A DNA stretch of 64,000 nucleotides. It comes from Candidatus Shapirobacteria bacterium. Lineage in GTDB: Bacteria > Patescibacteriota > Microgenomatia > UBA12405. Under the pieces are notes generated by a model. That model was not told the origin of the DNA. It made no database searches and worked only from the letters and a program-made list of their open reading frames with translations. The position numbers and the translations under genes are program-made. Shown one piece after another: positions 27,469 to 36,882 of the stretch (the first letter of the stretch is position 1; the number at the start of each line of letters is the position of its first letter). The DNA is taken from the NCBI GenBank assembly GCA_041659325.1, contig JBAZYN010000002.1, positions 140,906 to 204,905 on the forward strand, given 5' to 3'.

Positions 27469-29700
27469 ATGATAGAAAAGATCCCTGATTTATACAGAGA
27501 AAAAGCCTTTTGGGGGACAGATATTGGTGATCAGCAGAGAATGCAGCAGATAGATGGGGTGGCACAAAGGATTAATAATGCTTTAAATCTACAAGGGGGG
27601 GTAGTGGCGAGGAGGAGGGATGCAGAGCTGATAAGCGTGGTAAATGGTTTGGCGGCGCCAGGGGAGTGGAGGTGTGATACAGCCCAAGGATTAGTTGAGG
27701 CAAGCAGAGATCCCCAGCGAACAGTAAACAGGGATCTGGCGGAGAGGCGTTTGGATATTTTGGCGGATGCGGCATATATTGCCATAAAATATGGAGATAA
27801 TGATGGATTGAGGACGGCGTTGGAAGAAGGCTCGGTTGAGAAAATTGAGGATCAGCTGCCGAGACCATTGAAGGGAATTGGAGAAAGGGTGAGAAATTTA
27901 GAAATTCATAATTTAGATATCAGGGCAATACTGGATAAATTGGATAGTCGAGGAAGAGGTTTGAAGGCGGCGGGTGAGGTCGGAAAAAAACAATTGGCTT
28001 TAAATTTGGGAGAGGCGATTGTGAAGTTATCGAATTTGGAAGACTTGGACGTAAGGAGTGATGAAGAAATGATGAGGGTGTCGGCTTATTTGGGGGCAGA
28101 AGCAGAGGCGATGGGGGGGGGTGTGGTAGGAGGTAATATTGCAGATCAGGTGGCGGAAGGGGTGGGGAGGGCGATGGGAGATAGGGTGAGAGGCGGAGAG
28201 CCTATGGTTGTTCCAAGAGATGAGGCTGAAGAAGATTATTTTAGAGACTTGGCAGCTTATCAAAAAGCACAGGGTGAATTGCAAGAGGCAGTAAGAGAAG
28301 TGTCTTTAAGAGAGCTTTTAGATTCATTTTTGGGAATTTCAGCTCCTAGAGAAAGGGGTCCGCAGATGTGGGAATATAAACCTCCTGAATGGATAAAGCC
28401 CATTTCGGTTGAGGACTGGAGAAAGCTTTTGGGGATTACGGAAAAGTTTTTCGTGGCAGTTTATAACAAGAGAAATGATTCTGAATATGGTACTTCTGTA
28501 GAAATGGTTGGTAAGAAGATCTTGAGTATGCAGGGATTGCCAGAGAAGACATTGAAGTATTTATTTGAACACAGGGCATTGAAGTTGAATCTGGTATGCG
28601 GAGAAATTATGAGAGATCTAATGGTGCCCATGGAAACTTCTCCGGTTGAAGTTCCCAAACAAAACCGCGACGGCAGTTATTATTATGCAACTGAAACAAG
28701 CCGGGTTTATGTATTTTCGTCGGAACCCAACGGAGATTATTCGAGGAGTGTTCAGAGGCTTGTTGATGATGAGGTTGCTTACAAAAAGGGTATGGCGGCT
28801 AACTTGTTTGGCAATAGCGCTTTTGGTTTTAGAAGTCTCGAATCAGCAGAGTTGGCAGTGGCAACAGCAATGAATATTATGGAAATGGGCGGGGTTTTTT
28901 CACTGGCAGATACGAAACGGATATTGGGCTGGGAGTCTGATGCTGTACGGGTAATACAGAGGCCGGAAACGAAATTTCATGCAAAATTAGGAAAAGAGTT
29001 GTGGGGGGGTCCGTGGGGAGAATATCTAATGGCAGTGGCGGGTGGAAACAGAGCAGCTATGCAAAGCGAAGCGGAGAGGTTAGGTATTATTCCAAGACTT
29101 CTTGCAGGATCCTTTTTTGATCAAAAGGTGAAGACAGAAGGAGGTGTTATGGTGAAGATGGGAGAGGCCCTATATCAAAGAAGAAGGGTGGTTTTGAATG
29201 ACGTGGATAAAGATATATATTTTGACTGGAGAAAAGATCAAATCAAGGCGGCGGGGGGGATGTTTTTATATATGACAGGAAAAGCACCACTTGAATTTAG
29301 GACTATTAATGAAGTTGATAATGTGACAACGAAATGGAGGGAGGAGTTATTTAACGATACAAGAGCGTTACGTGAGAATGGAACGTCCGTTGTTACAACT
29401 GAATTAGTAGCAATGGCGATAGGCGGGTCCACTGGAGTTTGGCCTTTTGAAGGACCTTTTTTAAGGATGACTCAGCCCGGACCTGATTTAACAAACGACT
29501 ATTTGTTGGGTGGTTCAGAGATTACTCGTTTGGTAGCTGGGACAAATATTCTAGAGAGAGAAAGGCTGAGACGCTTTTTTGGGATTGATAAATCAAGAAT
29601 GGGGATATTAAATCGGAGAGTAGCCGGGTATAGAATGGCAAATGAGGCCGGGCAATCTGGAATAAAGAAGGGGGTGGCCAGGTGGTTAGGTAGAAAGTAG
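27469..29700 (+). CDS. large hypothetical protein (743 aa, soluble, acidic)
   Basis: Long ORF with no recognisable motif. Lies between the two T4SS loci. Confidence 0.45.
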   Translation: MIEKIPDLYREKAFWGTDIGDQQRMQQIDGVAQRINNALNLQGGVVARRRDAELISVVNGLAAPGEWRCDTAQGLVEASRDPQRTVNRDLAERRLDILADAAYIAIKYGDNDGLRTALEEGSVEKIEDQLPRPLKGIGERVRNLEIHNLDIRAILDKLDSRGRGLKAAGEVGKKQLALNLGEAIVKLSNLEDLDVRSDEEMMRVSAYLGAEAEAMGGGVVGGNIADQVAEGVGRAMGDRVRGGEPMVVPRDEAEEDYFRDLAAYQKAQGELQEAVREVSLRELLDSFLGISAPRERGPQMWEYKPPEWIKPISVEDWRKLLGITEKFFVAVYNKRNDSEYGTSVEMVGKKILSMQGLPEKTLKYLFEHRALKLNLVCGEIMRDLMVPMETSPVEVPKQNRDGSYYYATETSRVYVFSSEPNGDYSRSVQRLVDDEVAYKKGMAANLFGNSAFGFRSLESAELAVATAMNIMEMGGVFSLADTKRILGWESDAVRVIQRPETKFHAKLGKELWGGPWGEYLMAVAGGNRAAMQSEAERLGIIPRLLAGSFFDQKVKTEGGVMVKMGEALYQRRRVVLNDVDKDIYFDWRKDQIKAAGGMFLYMTGKAPLEFRTINEVDNVTTKWREELFNDTRALRENGTSVVTTELVAMAIGGSTGVWPFEGPFLRMTQPGPDLTNDYLLGGSEITRLVAGTNILERERLRRFFGIDKSRMGILNRRVAGYRMANEAGQSGIKKGVARWLGRK

Positions 29701-29710
29701 ATAGAGTTTT

Positions 29711-31330
29711 TTATTTTGCGACATTTCTGATTGCATCCGAAGCCGCCTGAGCGCTTCCTGGGCCGAGAGTTCCTTCAATTAATCCGCCGACAATTCCTCT
29801 TGAAGCACCGGTCTTAGGATCTGCAATACTAGTGGCAGCTTTATTACCTATAAAGGATTTTCCGAATCTTGCAATTGGGTTTTTGCTTAAGTTTGTGCTT
29901 TCACCAATAGCCACTCCCCACGGAGATGGTTTAATCATAAAAATATACTGAGGGATCATATCGGGGAGCTTGGAAAGAAGCATAAGGCTAGCAAGACCAA
30001 CAGCGACGGGTAAAAGACCACCGGAGGGGATGGTGGCAAGATTTACCATGAATCCCACTAGTCCACCTGATTCTAAAAGTTGAGGCTTCCAGATACCGTA
30101 TTCGTGTCTGGTATTGTCAATGATTATGTTGGCTAAAACTAAAAACAATAGGGAAATAGGGAAAACGGAAATGTTGGCGACTAGTTGGAGTAACCAGGTG
30201 GAAAATCCTGTTTTCACATTGGGAAAAGCACCTATGCCGATGACAAAAGGAGCGGTAATAATTTGGAAAAGAATGGTGACGTAACATTTGACTAAGCCGA
30301 AATAAAATTTGACTTGCCAGATCATGACGGCAATGACGATAACCAAAAGCATGAAAACAGCTCCGATGGTTCCTCCTGTTAAGGCTCCTGCCGGTCCGGC
30401 TAATCCACCAACTATGGCTCCGATTACGCCACCCAGGGCGGCCAGAGAGGCCTTGGGGGCCATGCGGAGCATGAGGTCGCCGACAGTGGCCAATCCCGCT
30501 TCGGAAAAAAGCTTGAAAGTCCAACCTTCCTTGAGACCCAGGGCTTTTAGAATACCGCCAAAAAAATTTTGGTCAATTAGATTGTCGTCTAGATTAGTTT
30601 TTCCTGTAGCCTGATAAAGAACAGCGAGACCGAAAGACTGGAGGAAGATTGAAAGGTCGATTATTAGGCCGGCAATGGCATAGGAGAAAGTAACCAGGAT
30701 GAGAGTAATTATTACCTGGGGAATGGCGCTTTGAATGGTAATTACGGCTTGGGGGCTGATTTTGACCCGGAGCATGATCATAATGCCGATAATCACAAAT
30801 AGGAATGAGGAAATTAAATAGACAACATTTCGGAAACCTCGCCAAAGTGGGAGAATGGGCTGAAGACCATTGAAACCGATACCGACTCCCTGAGCATAGG
30901 CCGGTTTTCCCAAGAGATTATTTTTGAGCTGAGCAATATATTGAATTCCGGATGCCTGGGGGATATAGAGGGAAGCAGTCATGCGGTTTATGGAACCGAC
31001 CATGCCACCCGGGATATAACTGGTTTCCTCGCCTTTGAAAATGCCTTCCGGGATTTTATCGACCATACCTTCGATTACTCCGGTTGAAATACTGCCGAGG
31101 CTTTCCATGGTCCAACGTTCATTGTTGCCGCCGGCATCACGAGCATCCTGTTTTTTTTCGAGATAGGAGACTTCTTGGGCTTTGATTTTGGTAGTTAAAA
31201 TGGAGCTGCCAATGAGAAGAAAGGCGATTATAAGGAATTTTAGGACGGGAGAAATTTTGGGGATTATCCGATGCTCGCGACGGTTTAGCCAATTAAGGGT
31301 GGCTTTGATGTTCATAAAATATTTTAGCAT
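29711..31330 (-). CDS. VirB6/TrbL-like polytopic T4SS membrane protein
   Basis: At least 8 TM helices including Gly-rich AALGGVIGAIVGGLAGPAGALTGGTIGAV, and an N-terminal periplasmic region. Sits downstream of the pilin array and the secreted protein. Confidence 0.5.
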   Translation of the reverse strand: MLKYFMNIKATLNWLNRREHRIIPKISPVLKFLIIAFLLIGSSILTTKIKAQEVSYLEKKQDARDAGGNNERWTMESLGSISTGVIEGMVDKIPEGIFKGEETSYIPGGMVGSINRMTASLYIPQASGIQYIAQLKNNLLGKPAYAQGVGIGFNGLQPILPLWRGFRNVVYLISSFLFVIIGIMIMLRVKISPQAVITIQSAIPQVIITLILVTFSYAIAGLIIDLSIFLQSFGLAVLYQATGKTNLDDNLIDQNFFGGILKALGLKEGWTFKLFSEAGLATVGDLMLRMAPKASLAALGGVIGAIVGGLAGPAGALTGGTIGAVFMLLVIVIAVMIWQVKFYFGLVKCYVTILFQIITAPFVIGIGAFPNVKTGFSTWLLQLVANISVFPISLLFLVLANIIIDNTRHEYGIWKPQLLESGGLVGFMVNLATIPSGGLLPVAVGLASLMLLSKLPDMIPQYIFMIKPSPWGVAIGESTNLSKNPIARFGKSFIGNKAATSIADPKTGASRGIVGGLIEGTLGPGSAQAASDAIRNVAK

Positions 31331-31334
31331 GAAA

Positions 31335-33566
31335 TTATAAAGGTTGATCTGTATTTACTTTTTTCCAATCTTCAGGTTTCATGTAAAGATCGAAGAGGTT
31401 GCGGGCAGCGACGTCTTTCTGGCCAAAATCGCGGGTGATTTCCTCTTTACCGGTACTGGAATTAGGGGATTTATCCAATTCATATTTTTCCTGATCTTCG
31501 GCAGGAAGGCCGAGCTTGAGGTAACCAGTATCGGTTTTCAGATTGTCGACCAAGCTAGCGGGGAGAATGAGGGTGACCTCCTTTTCGCCGGAAAAAGTTT
31601 TTGCCTCATTTTCGACCACGCCGAAAAATTGGAGAATTTTTATCCAGAGGGTAAGGGGAGTGGGCTTGTCAACAGAAGGATCGCCGGGGCGATATTTGGT
31701 ACAAACCCATTCACTGGGTTCGGTTTGAAAAGAGGCATGATCTTCCTGAGGATTAAAAATTCCAAGAGCGTATGAAACCTGAAGGCTTGAGAGAACAGAA
31801 CCAAGGGGGATGGTCCGATCTTTTTTGGTTTCTTCGCCGGTTTCATCGTCTTTGATTAAAACTTGGGTGTTTATCGAACCACGGGGAACTATGGGCATCT
31901 GCCGGTAAAGGGTATCATAAGCGCTGTCGGAGAGGGGGGAGAAACTTTTTCCAAAGATTGATTGATAACCGCCGCCTTCGAATTGGTGAAGCATGATGGC
32001 AACGACGTCCCCAGGAAGAGGGATTTTTTTGAGGGTATAATTTACCGGCTTTTCGTAAGAGGTATTTATACCCCTTTTGTAATAATTCCAACCGACTTCA
32101 CATACCGTGACGGGACGGCAGGAGGCATCTGAGGGTTTGGGAAAAAGGTTTTTGGGGCCGTCGGGGCAACTCCAGGCAAGTTGTTCGTCGGTGGAAATAA
32201 CATCGTGGAGACCATCCAGGGAGCGGCAGGCATCTTCGATAAAGATTCCTTTGAGGTATAACTTATCGTCTTCGGTCATGTATCGGACAGTAGCATTGTC
32301 CCCCTGGTTGCCGTAGTTTAGAAATCTATCGTTGAGCTGTTCGGGGGTGGCGTTGAAATCCGGAGGCTGTTGTTTGGCGAGATGGATAGAGCTATTTCTA
32401 GGGCTTGGGTTAGTCTTCCTTTCATTTTTGATTTGTTCGATATCGTTTACTTCCTGTCTTTGATAGGTATTTCCGGCGCCGGAAACGCCGACACTGGCAA
32501 CTTTGGGGTTAATAGTTTCACTGGCAGAAACTTTGTAGGTACATGTGGAAAAATTTATTTCGTTAGAATTTGAATAAAATTTAGATGCCTTATCTTCGGG
32601 GTGTCGGGGGTCGGCTTCGTTTGGGACGCCTCGGACGGCCTCTTTTAGGTCAATGGGGGGGGGATAACCCCAGGATGTATTGGGATTGTAGATGGTAGCA
32701 TCGGGATCGATAGCACAGTTCTCGATGATGTCGTCGGGGCAATTGGCCTTGAGAGCATCGGTAACTTTGGGATTGGTGAGCCGCCAACTACCGGCATAGT
32801 TTCCGGGGGAGAAGGTAAAGAGGGTATAGGCAAGGATATCGCCTTGGCCCTGCCAGAAAGCAGTAATACCTTTACCGCAAAAGAATTTGATAAATTCGCA
32901 ATCGTCGTAAATAACTCCGCCGTTGTCGACGCCAACTTCGGTAAAAATAAACTGTTTGCCGGCAAGAGGACCCGAGCTGTAATTTTTGGCGGTATCTTCC
33001 CGATAAGGGTGATAGGAGATGATGGAAAAGCTGGGGCCGAAAGCAGCACTGGTTTTGGGGAAATTGGCGTTTTGAGGGTCCAGGGCAGGAGAGATAATTG
33101 GCCCTCTGGTCAGACAGGATTGTAATTTGGTAATAAAGCTATGGGCTCGTTCAATGGCGGCATCAAGACTGATTATGCCGCTTAAAGTTTCTCTTTCGTA
33201 ATCCTGTTCAAGTTCGTTGAAGGGTTCGATGTAGACGGTTTTGCCCGGAGCGTAAGAATTTATGACTCGGCACCAATCGTTGGCGGCTTGGGTTTGGCTG
33301 GCATCGTCGCTAAGCATTTTTTTGCCAATATTGGTCCAGTTGGCGTGGATGCGGATGACGACATTTGAGGCGGAAATATTTTCAAAGCGGGCCAAACCTT
33401 CGGGGGTTTCGGGGATGATGGTCATCCAGTTTTTGACGGCCGGATCGGCGACCCAATTGGCACTTGCTGGGTCATTGATAAGATTGATTCCAGGAGAGCC
33501 GGCGAAGGCAGGAGAGCTATTTAATAAGAAAAACAGAGTCAATAATCCGAAGAGACGTTTGAACAC
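31335..33566 (-). CDS. large secreted protein (signal peptide), possible glycoside-hydrolase-like fold
   Basis: Signal peptide MFKRLFGLLTLFFLLNSSPAFA. Co-directional and tightly spaced between the pilins and VirB6-like gene. Confidence 0.45.
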   Translation of the reverse strand: MFKRLFGLLTLFFLLNSSPAFAGSPGINLINDPASANWVADPAVKNWMTIIPETPEGLARFENISASNVVIRIHANWTNIGKKMLSDDASQTQAANDWCRVINSYAPGKTVYIEPFNELEQDYERETLSGIISLDAAIERAHSFITKLQSCLTRGPIISPALDPQNANFPKTSAAFGPSFSIISYHPYREDTAKNYSSGPLAGKQFIFTEVGVDNGGVIYDDCEFIKFFCGKGITAFWQGQGDILAYTLFTFSPGNYAGSWRLTNPKVTDALKANCPDDIIENCAIDPDATIYNPNTSWGYPPPIDLKEAVRGVPNEADPRHPEDKASKFYSNSNEINFSTCTYKVSASETINPKVASVGVSGAGNTYQRQEVNDIEQIKNERKTNPSPRNSSIHLAKQQPPDFNATPEQLNDRFLNYGNQGDNATVRYMTEDDKLYLKGIFIEDACRSLDGLHDVISTDEQLAWSCPDGPKNLFPKPSDASCRPVTVCEVGWNYYKRGINTSYEKPVNYTLKKIPLPGDVVAIMLHQFEGGGYQSIFGKSFSPLSDSAYDTLYRQMPIVPRGSINTQVLIKDDETGEETKKDRTIPLGSVLSSLQVSYALGIFNPQEDHASFQTEPSEWVCTKYRPGDPSVDKPTPLTLWIKILQFFGVVENEAKTFSGEKEVTLILPASLVDNLKTDTGYLKLGLPAEDQEKYELDKSPNSSTGKEEITRDFGQKDVAARNLFDLYMKPEDWKKVNTDQPL

Positions 33567-33588
33567 AAGTAATTATAACAATTGGGAT

Positions 33589-33975
33589 TTAGCCGGGGAT
33601 GAGGAACTTGGTGATGGCGACTCCGGTAAATTTTTCAATAAGACTGAGAATGAGCCAGGAACCAATGACACCAACCAGACCGAGGATGGCCATGGTAAGA
33701 GTGGAGGAAGCGGAGGCGATTTTTTTGGAATCGCCGCCGGAGAAAAGATAATTGTAGCCGCCGGAGATAAACATGTAGAAAAAAGCCAGACCGGCGAAGA
33801 AAACGATTACCTGGAGGACATTGTAGAAGAGACACTCTAGCCCTTGAATAGTGGCGACATCAGTGAAGTCTCCGCTACCAACACAGCGGGCGTCTTTGGT
33901 GGCCCATTCCTGAGTAGTTTGGGCGAGAATAGTGGAAGGATGGAATAAAAATAACATGAGAAACGCGATTAACAT
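33589..33975 (-). CDS. VirB2/TrbC-like T4SS pilin paralog 1
   Basis: Signal/TM1, then the loop GGDSKK, then TM2 (TLTMAILGLVGVIGSWLIL). The two-helix architecture is shared by all six tandem paralogs. Confidence 0.6.
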   Translation of the reverse strand: MLIAFLMLFLFHPSTILAQTTQEWATKDARCVGSGDFTDVATIQGLECLFYNVLQVIVFFAGLAFFYMFISGGYNYLFSGGDSKKIASASSTLTMAILGLVGVIGSWLILSLIEKFTGVAITKFLIPG

Positions 33976-34066
33976 ATGTGATTATAACATTTTGGTGGGG
34001 GGCAGGGAAAACAAAAACCTCCCCCGATTTTGTCGGGAGAGGTTTTGAATTTCAACTAAGAGCAAA

Positions 34067-34450
34067 TTACCAGGCTTTGATTTCGAGGTTGAGGATATCG
34101 ACACCAAAGATGACGTTGATTAGTCTCATGATGGCGAAAGCGGCAAAGACGATAGCCAGACCAATCAGACCATTGGTGATTTGGGCACGGGCAGCGGCGA
34201 CTTTTTTCTCGTCACCCTCGGAAGTTACCCACTTGAGACCACCCATGATAAGAATAAAGAAGAAAACTAAAGCAACTACAAGCATGACCAGGCTGATGGC
34301 TCCGGAGACAATTCTGCCGACGGTGAGAGCCTGAAGATCGCCCCACTGAGATCCTTCTTGGGGGCCGACAGTAATTTTACCGTCGTCTGCAGCGTATAAG
34401 GGAGCGGCAATCACGGCATAGGTGATTTTGTTTTTTATTTTGGTGAACAT
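34067..34450 (-). CDS. VirB2/TrbC-like T4SS pilin paralog 2
   Basis: TM1 LVMLVVALVFFFILIMGG, then SEGDEKK, then TM2 GLIGLAIVFAAFAIM. Confidence 0.6.
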   Translation of the reverse strand: MFTKIKNKITYAVIAAPLYAADDGKITVGPQEGSQWGDLQALTVGRIVSGAISLVMLVVALVFFFILIMGGLKWVTSEGDEKKVAAARAQITNGLIGLAIVFAAFAIMRLINVIFGVDILNLEIKAW

Positions 34451-34519
34451 ATGTTTTTGTTCTATTTTTACATTAATTGATAATTTATTTAGAATATTGT
34501 ATCAGTTTGCAAATTAAAA

Positions 34520-34888
34520 TCAAAGAGTTGGTACGGGAAGAGATAAAGTTTGAAGAGAAGTGATGCCGAAAACAATACCAATAACTTTTAAGATGGCAAA
34601 AACCGAGAAGGAGGCAATTAACCCGACTAGGGCATAGGTGAGTTGTTTTTGGGCTTCTTCGATTTTTTTAGGGTCACCGCTTGAGTCAATGTAGTGGTAG
34701 GAACCCATTAAGAAATGCCAAATAAAATAGAGAACGGCGACAAGCATAAAAACAGAAAGTATCCCCCGGACAATGCGGTCGAAATAACCTATAGGGTCAC
34801 TGACCTGAACTGAGCTGCCGCAGTCGGGATTTAGGAGCTTGTTGCAAATGACGGCATAGGCCGGTTTGACGAGTTGAAAATTTATCAT
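34520..34888 (-). CDS. VirB2/TrbC-like T4SS pilin paralog 3
   Basis: TM1 VFMLVAVLYFIWHFLMG, then SSGDPKK, then TM2 ALVGLIASFSVFAIL. Confidence 0.6.
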   Translation of the reverse strand: MINFQLVKPAYAVICNKLLNPDCGSSVQVSDPIGYFDRIVRGILSVFMLVAVLYFIWHFLMGSYHYIDSSGDPKKIEEAQKQLTYALVGLIASFSVFAILKVIGIVFGITSLQTLSLPVPTL

Positions 34889-34893
34889 ATGAT

Positions 34894-35259
34894 CTATAGA
34901 TGAAGATCGTTTAGTAACGTGTCCAGATTGAAGATGTTTTCGAGTCCTAGAATTTTGCCCAGAAGAGAGCCGAGGCCGACGGCAAAAATAACGATAGCGA
35001 TACCGAGAATGCCGTTGGTGATTTTGTGGCGAGCTTCTTCGAGTTTTTTCTCGTCGCCTTTGGAGGACATAAAGGCATAGCCGGCGAAGACGGTTTGGAT
35101 AGTAAAATAAATTAAGGCAACAACGGAAAGCATGCCAAGAACAACGCTGACGGTATTTTCGAGATTAGTGGTGGCTTGGGTGCCATCCTTGGGTACTATT
35201 CCCGGGCCGACATAGGGATCGTAAGCGATGGCGAGAAGTCTAGTCATTAGGGCCATAGA
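34894..35259 (-). CDS. VirB2/TrbC-like T4SS pilin paralog 4
   Basis: Start taken at the internal MALMTRLL, because the longest ORF to 35394 would overlap paralog 5 by ~155 nt. TM1, then SKGDEKK, then TM2. Confidence 0.5.
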   Translation of the reverse strand, partial: SMALMTRLLAIAYDPYVGPGIVPKDGTQATTNLENTVSVVLGMLSVVALIYFTIQTVFAGYAFMSSKGDEKKLEEARHKITNGILGIAIVIFAVGLGSLLGKILGLENIFNLDTLLNDLHL

Positions 35260-35674
35260 CGTTTGGAGTAAGAATGGGTATGCCGGTAATACGCTCAATA
35301 ACACCGGCGAGGGTGAAGGCAGAGGCAATGATGATAATCCCCAGGATACTTTGCCAGATTTTTGCCCAGGCAGCTTCGGTTTTTTTGGAATCACCGCCGG
35401 CGGTGATATATTCGTAGCCGGCCAATATTACCTGGATGATAAAGAAAAGACCGCCGATGGTGCCGGCAAGTTTAAAGATGTTGCCAATTAAAAGAAAAAT
35501 ACCGCCTTCTTCAAAGTAAGGGTTGCCGTCTATGGGGGGCTTGATGGTGCCGATGATGGGGCTGCCACCGCCTCCGGGGTCAACGGCGGCTTGGACGATT
35601 GAGGGTTTAAAAAAGTGGATTAAGGATTTCAAGTCCGGTAATAACTTGTATGATTTGGATGATGGAATAGGCAA
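35240..35674 (-). CDS. VirB2/TrbC-like T4SS pilin paralog 5
   Basis: TM1 GGLFFIIQVILAGY, then AGGDSKK, then TM2 ILGIIIIASAFTLAGVI. Start uncertain, since the longest ORF overlaps paralog 6 by 68 nt. Confidence 0.5.
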   Translation of the reverse strand: MPIPSSKSYKLLPDLKSLIHFFKPSIVQAAVDPGGGGSPIIGTIKPPIDGNPYFEEGGIFLLIGNIFKLAGTIGGLFFIIQVILAGYEYITAGGDSKKTEAAWAKIWQSILGIIIIASAFTLAGVIERITGIPILTPNVYGPND

Positions 35675-35939
35675 AAACGACTACTCCGAATCCGATAAAC
35701 GAGCTAGTTATGGCTTGTTGCCCCTGGGCAGCTTTTTTTGGGTCACCATTACCTGCACCAATTATATAGGTAACACCGCCGAAAATCAAAAGGCCGAGGA
35801 GGACGGTTCCGGCGATAGTGATGGAGTTTTTCAGAATGATATTGACAATTACGCTAAAAGTCGGATAGCTTCCGCCGAGGGTATTGCCCCCACCAAGGGG
35901 GGTATCTTTTATGTCTACAGCAGCTAGCAAGCGATTCAT
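35607..35939 (-). CDS. VirB2/TrbC-like T4SS pilin paralog 6
   Basis: TM1 TIAGTVLLGLLIFGGVTYIIG, then GNGDPKK, then TM2 FIGFGVVVFAYSIIQII. Confidence 0.6.
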   Translation of the reverse strand: MNRLLAAVDIKDTPLGGGNTLGGSYPTFSVIVNIILKNSITIAGTVLLGLLIFGGVTYIIGAGNGDPKKAAQGQQAITSSFIGFGVVVFAYSIIQIIQVITGLEILNPLF

Positions 35940-36072
35940 GAACTAATTATACTGTTTGGTGATACTGACTGCAAGGATTATTGATATAATTTTTCTGTAT
36001 TGAATGGGAAAAATGATGTTATAATACGCCACAATTTATCCCTTATATTAATTTATAATTTCCCCCTAAAAC

Positions 36073-36882
36073 ATGAGAAAATATATTTGTTTTGGTGTTT
36101 TTGCTCCGGTGTTGGCGCTGAGTTTGTTTTTGGCTTTCGGGTGTTTACCGATACAGGCGGCATCCGGTAACGGATATTTACTGGAGTCGGTGCAATTACA
36201 GGAAAACTCGGGATTTGGATTTTTGAATTTTGGGAAAACAATGGTTCGGATGGCTATAGATAAGGGAATCGAACCCAATTTGATTGTGATGCTGCTGTTG
36301 CTACCGTTGGTGGCGACATTGGTGTCGGTACTGCATTATGTGTTTGGACTTTCAGGGTATGGGATTTTTATGCCGACAATGATTGCAGTGACATTTTTGG
36401 CAACAGGGATTATAGGGGGACTATTGTTGTTTGCGATGATTTTGATGATATCAATTTTTGGAGGACTGGCTTTGCGGAAACTAAAACTTCACTTTTGGCC
36501 GGCGAGATCGATTAATTTATTGTTGATTTCGGTGGGGACCTTTGGGCTGATGCTGATTTCTTCTTCGGTACAGATAATCGATATCAGTAATATTTCGATA
36601 TTTCCGGTACTATTTATGATAATGCTGTGTGAGGAATTTGTGCGGACACAATTGGTGAAGAGTAGAAATGAAGCCCAGAGATTAGCAGTTGGGACGTTGG
36701 TGCTGGCAATCATTGGGGCGGTGACGATGAACGTTCCGGAAGTGCAAAGATTGGTAATTTTGAACCCCGAATGGGTAATACTAATAGTACTGGTAGTAAA
36801 TTTGGGGGTAGGAAACTACACCGGAATTAGACTGTCTGAGGTAAAAAGATTTAAAAAGGCGATCAGAAAGAAAAATGTTTAA
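36073..36882 (+). CDS. 7-TM membrane protein (7TM module of ATP-grasp peptide-modification systems)
   Basis: Seven predicted TM helices. Its stop overlaps the start of the following ATP-grasp gene by 8 nt. Confidence 0.5.
   Translation: MRKYICFGVFAPVLALSLFLAFGCLPIQAASGNGYLLESVQLQENSGFGFLNFGKTMVRMAIDKGIEPNLIVMLLLLPLVATLVSVLHYVFGLSGYGIFMPTMIAVTFLATGIIGGLLLFAMILMISIFGGLALRKLKLHFWPARSINLLLISVGTFGLMLISSSVQIIDISNISIFPVLFMIMLCEEFVRTQLVKSRNEAQRLAVGTLVLAIIGAVTMNVPEVQRLVILNPEWVILIVLVVNLGVGNYTGIRLSEVKRFKKAIRKKNV

Noticed and set aside
30117-30614. ORFs 30117-30524(-) and 30309-30614(+)
   Set aside because: Alternative frames inside the VirB6-like gene.
2038-35939. Interpreting the T4SS genes as an integrated conjugative element or plasmid
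   Set aside because: No relaxase, coupling protein, integrase or att-like repeats are visible. The loci flank core genes (dnaA, dnaN, ftsH), so this looks like a chromosomal, probably non-conjugative T4SS.
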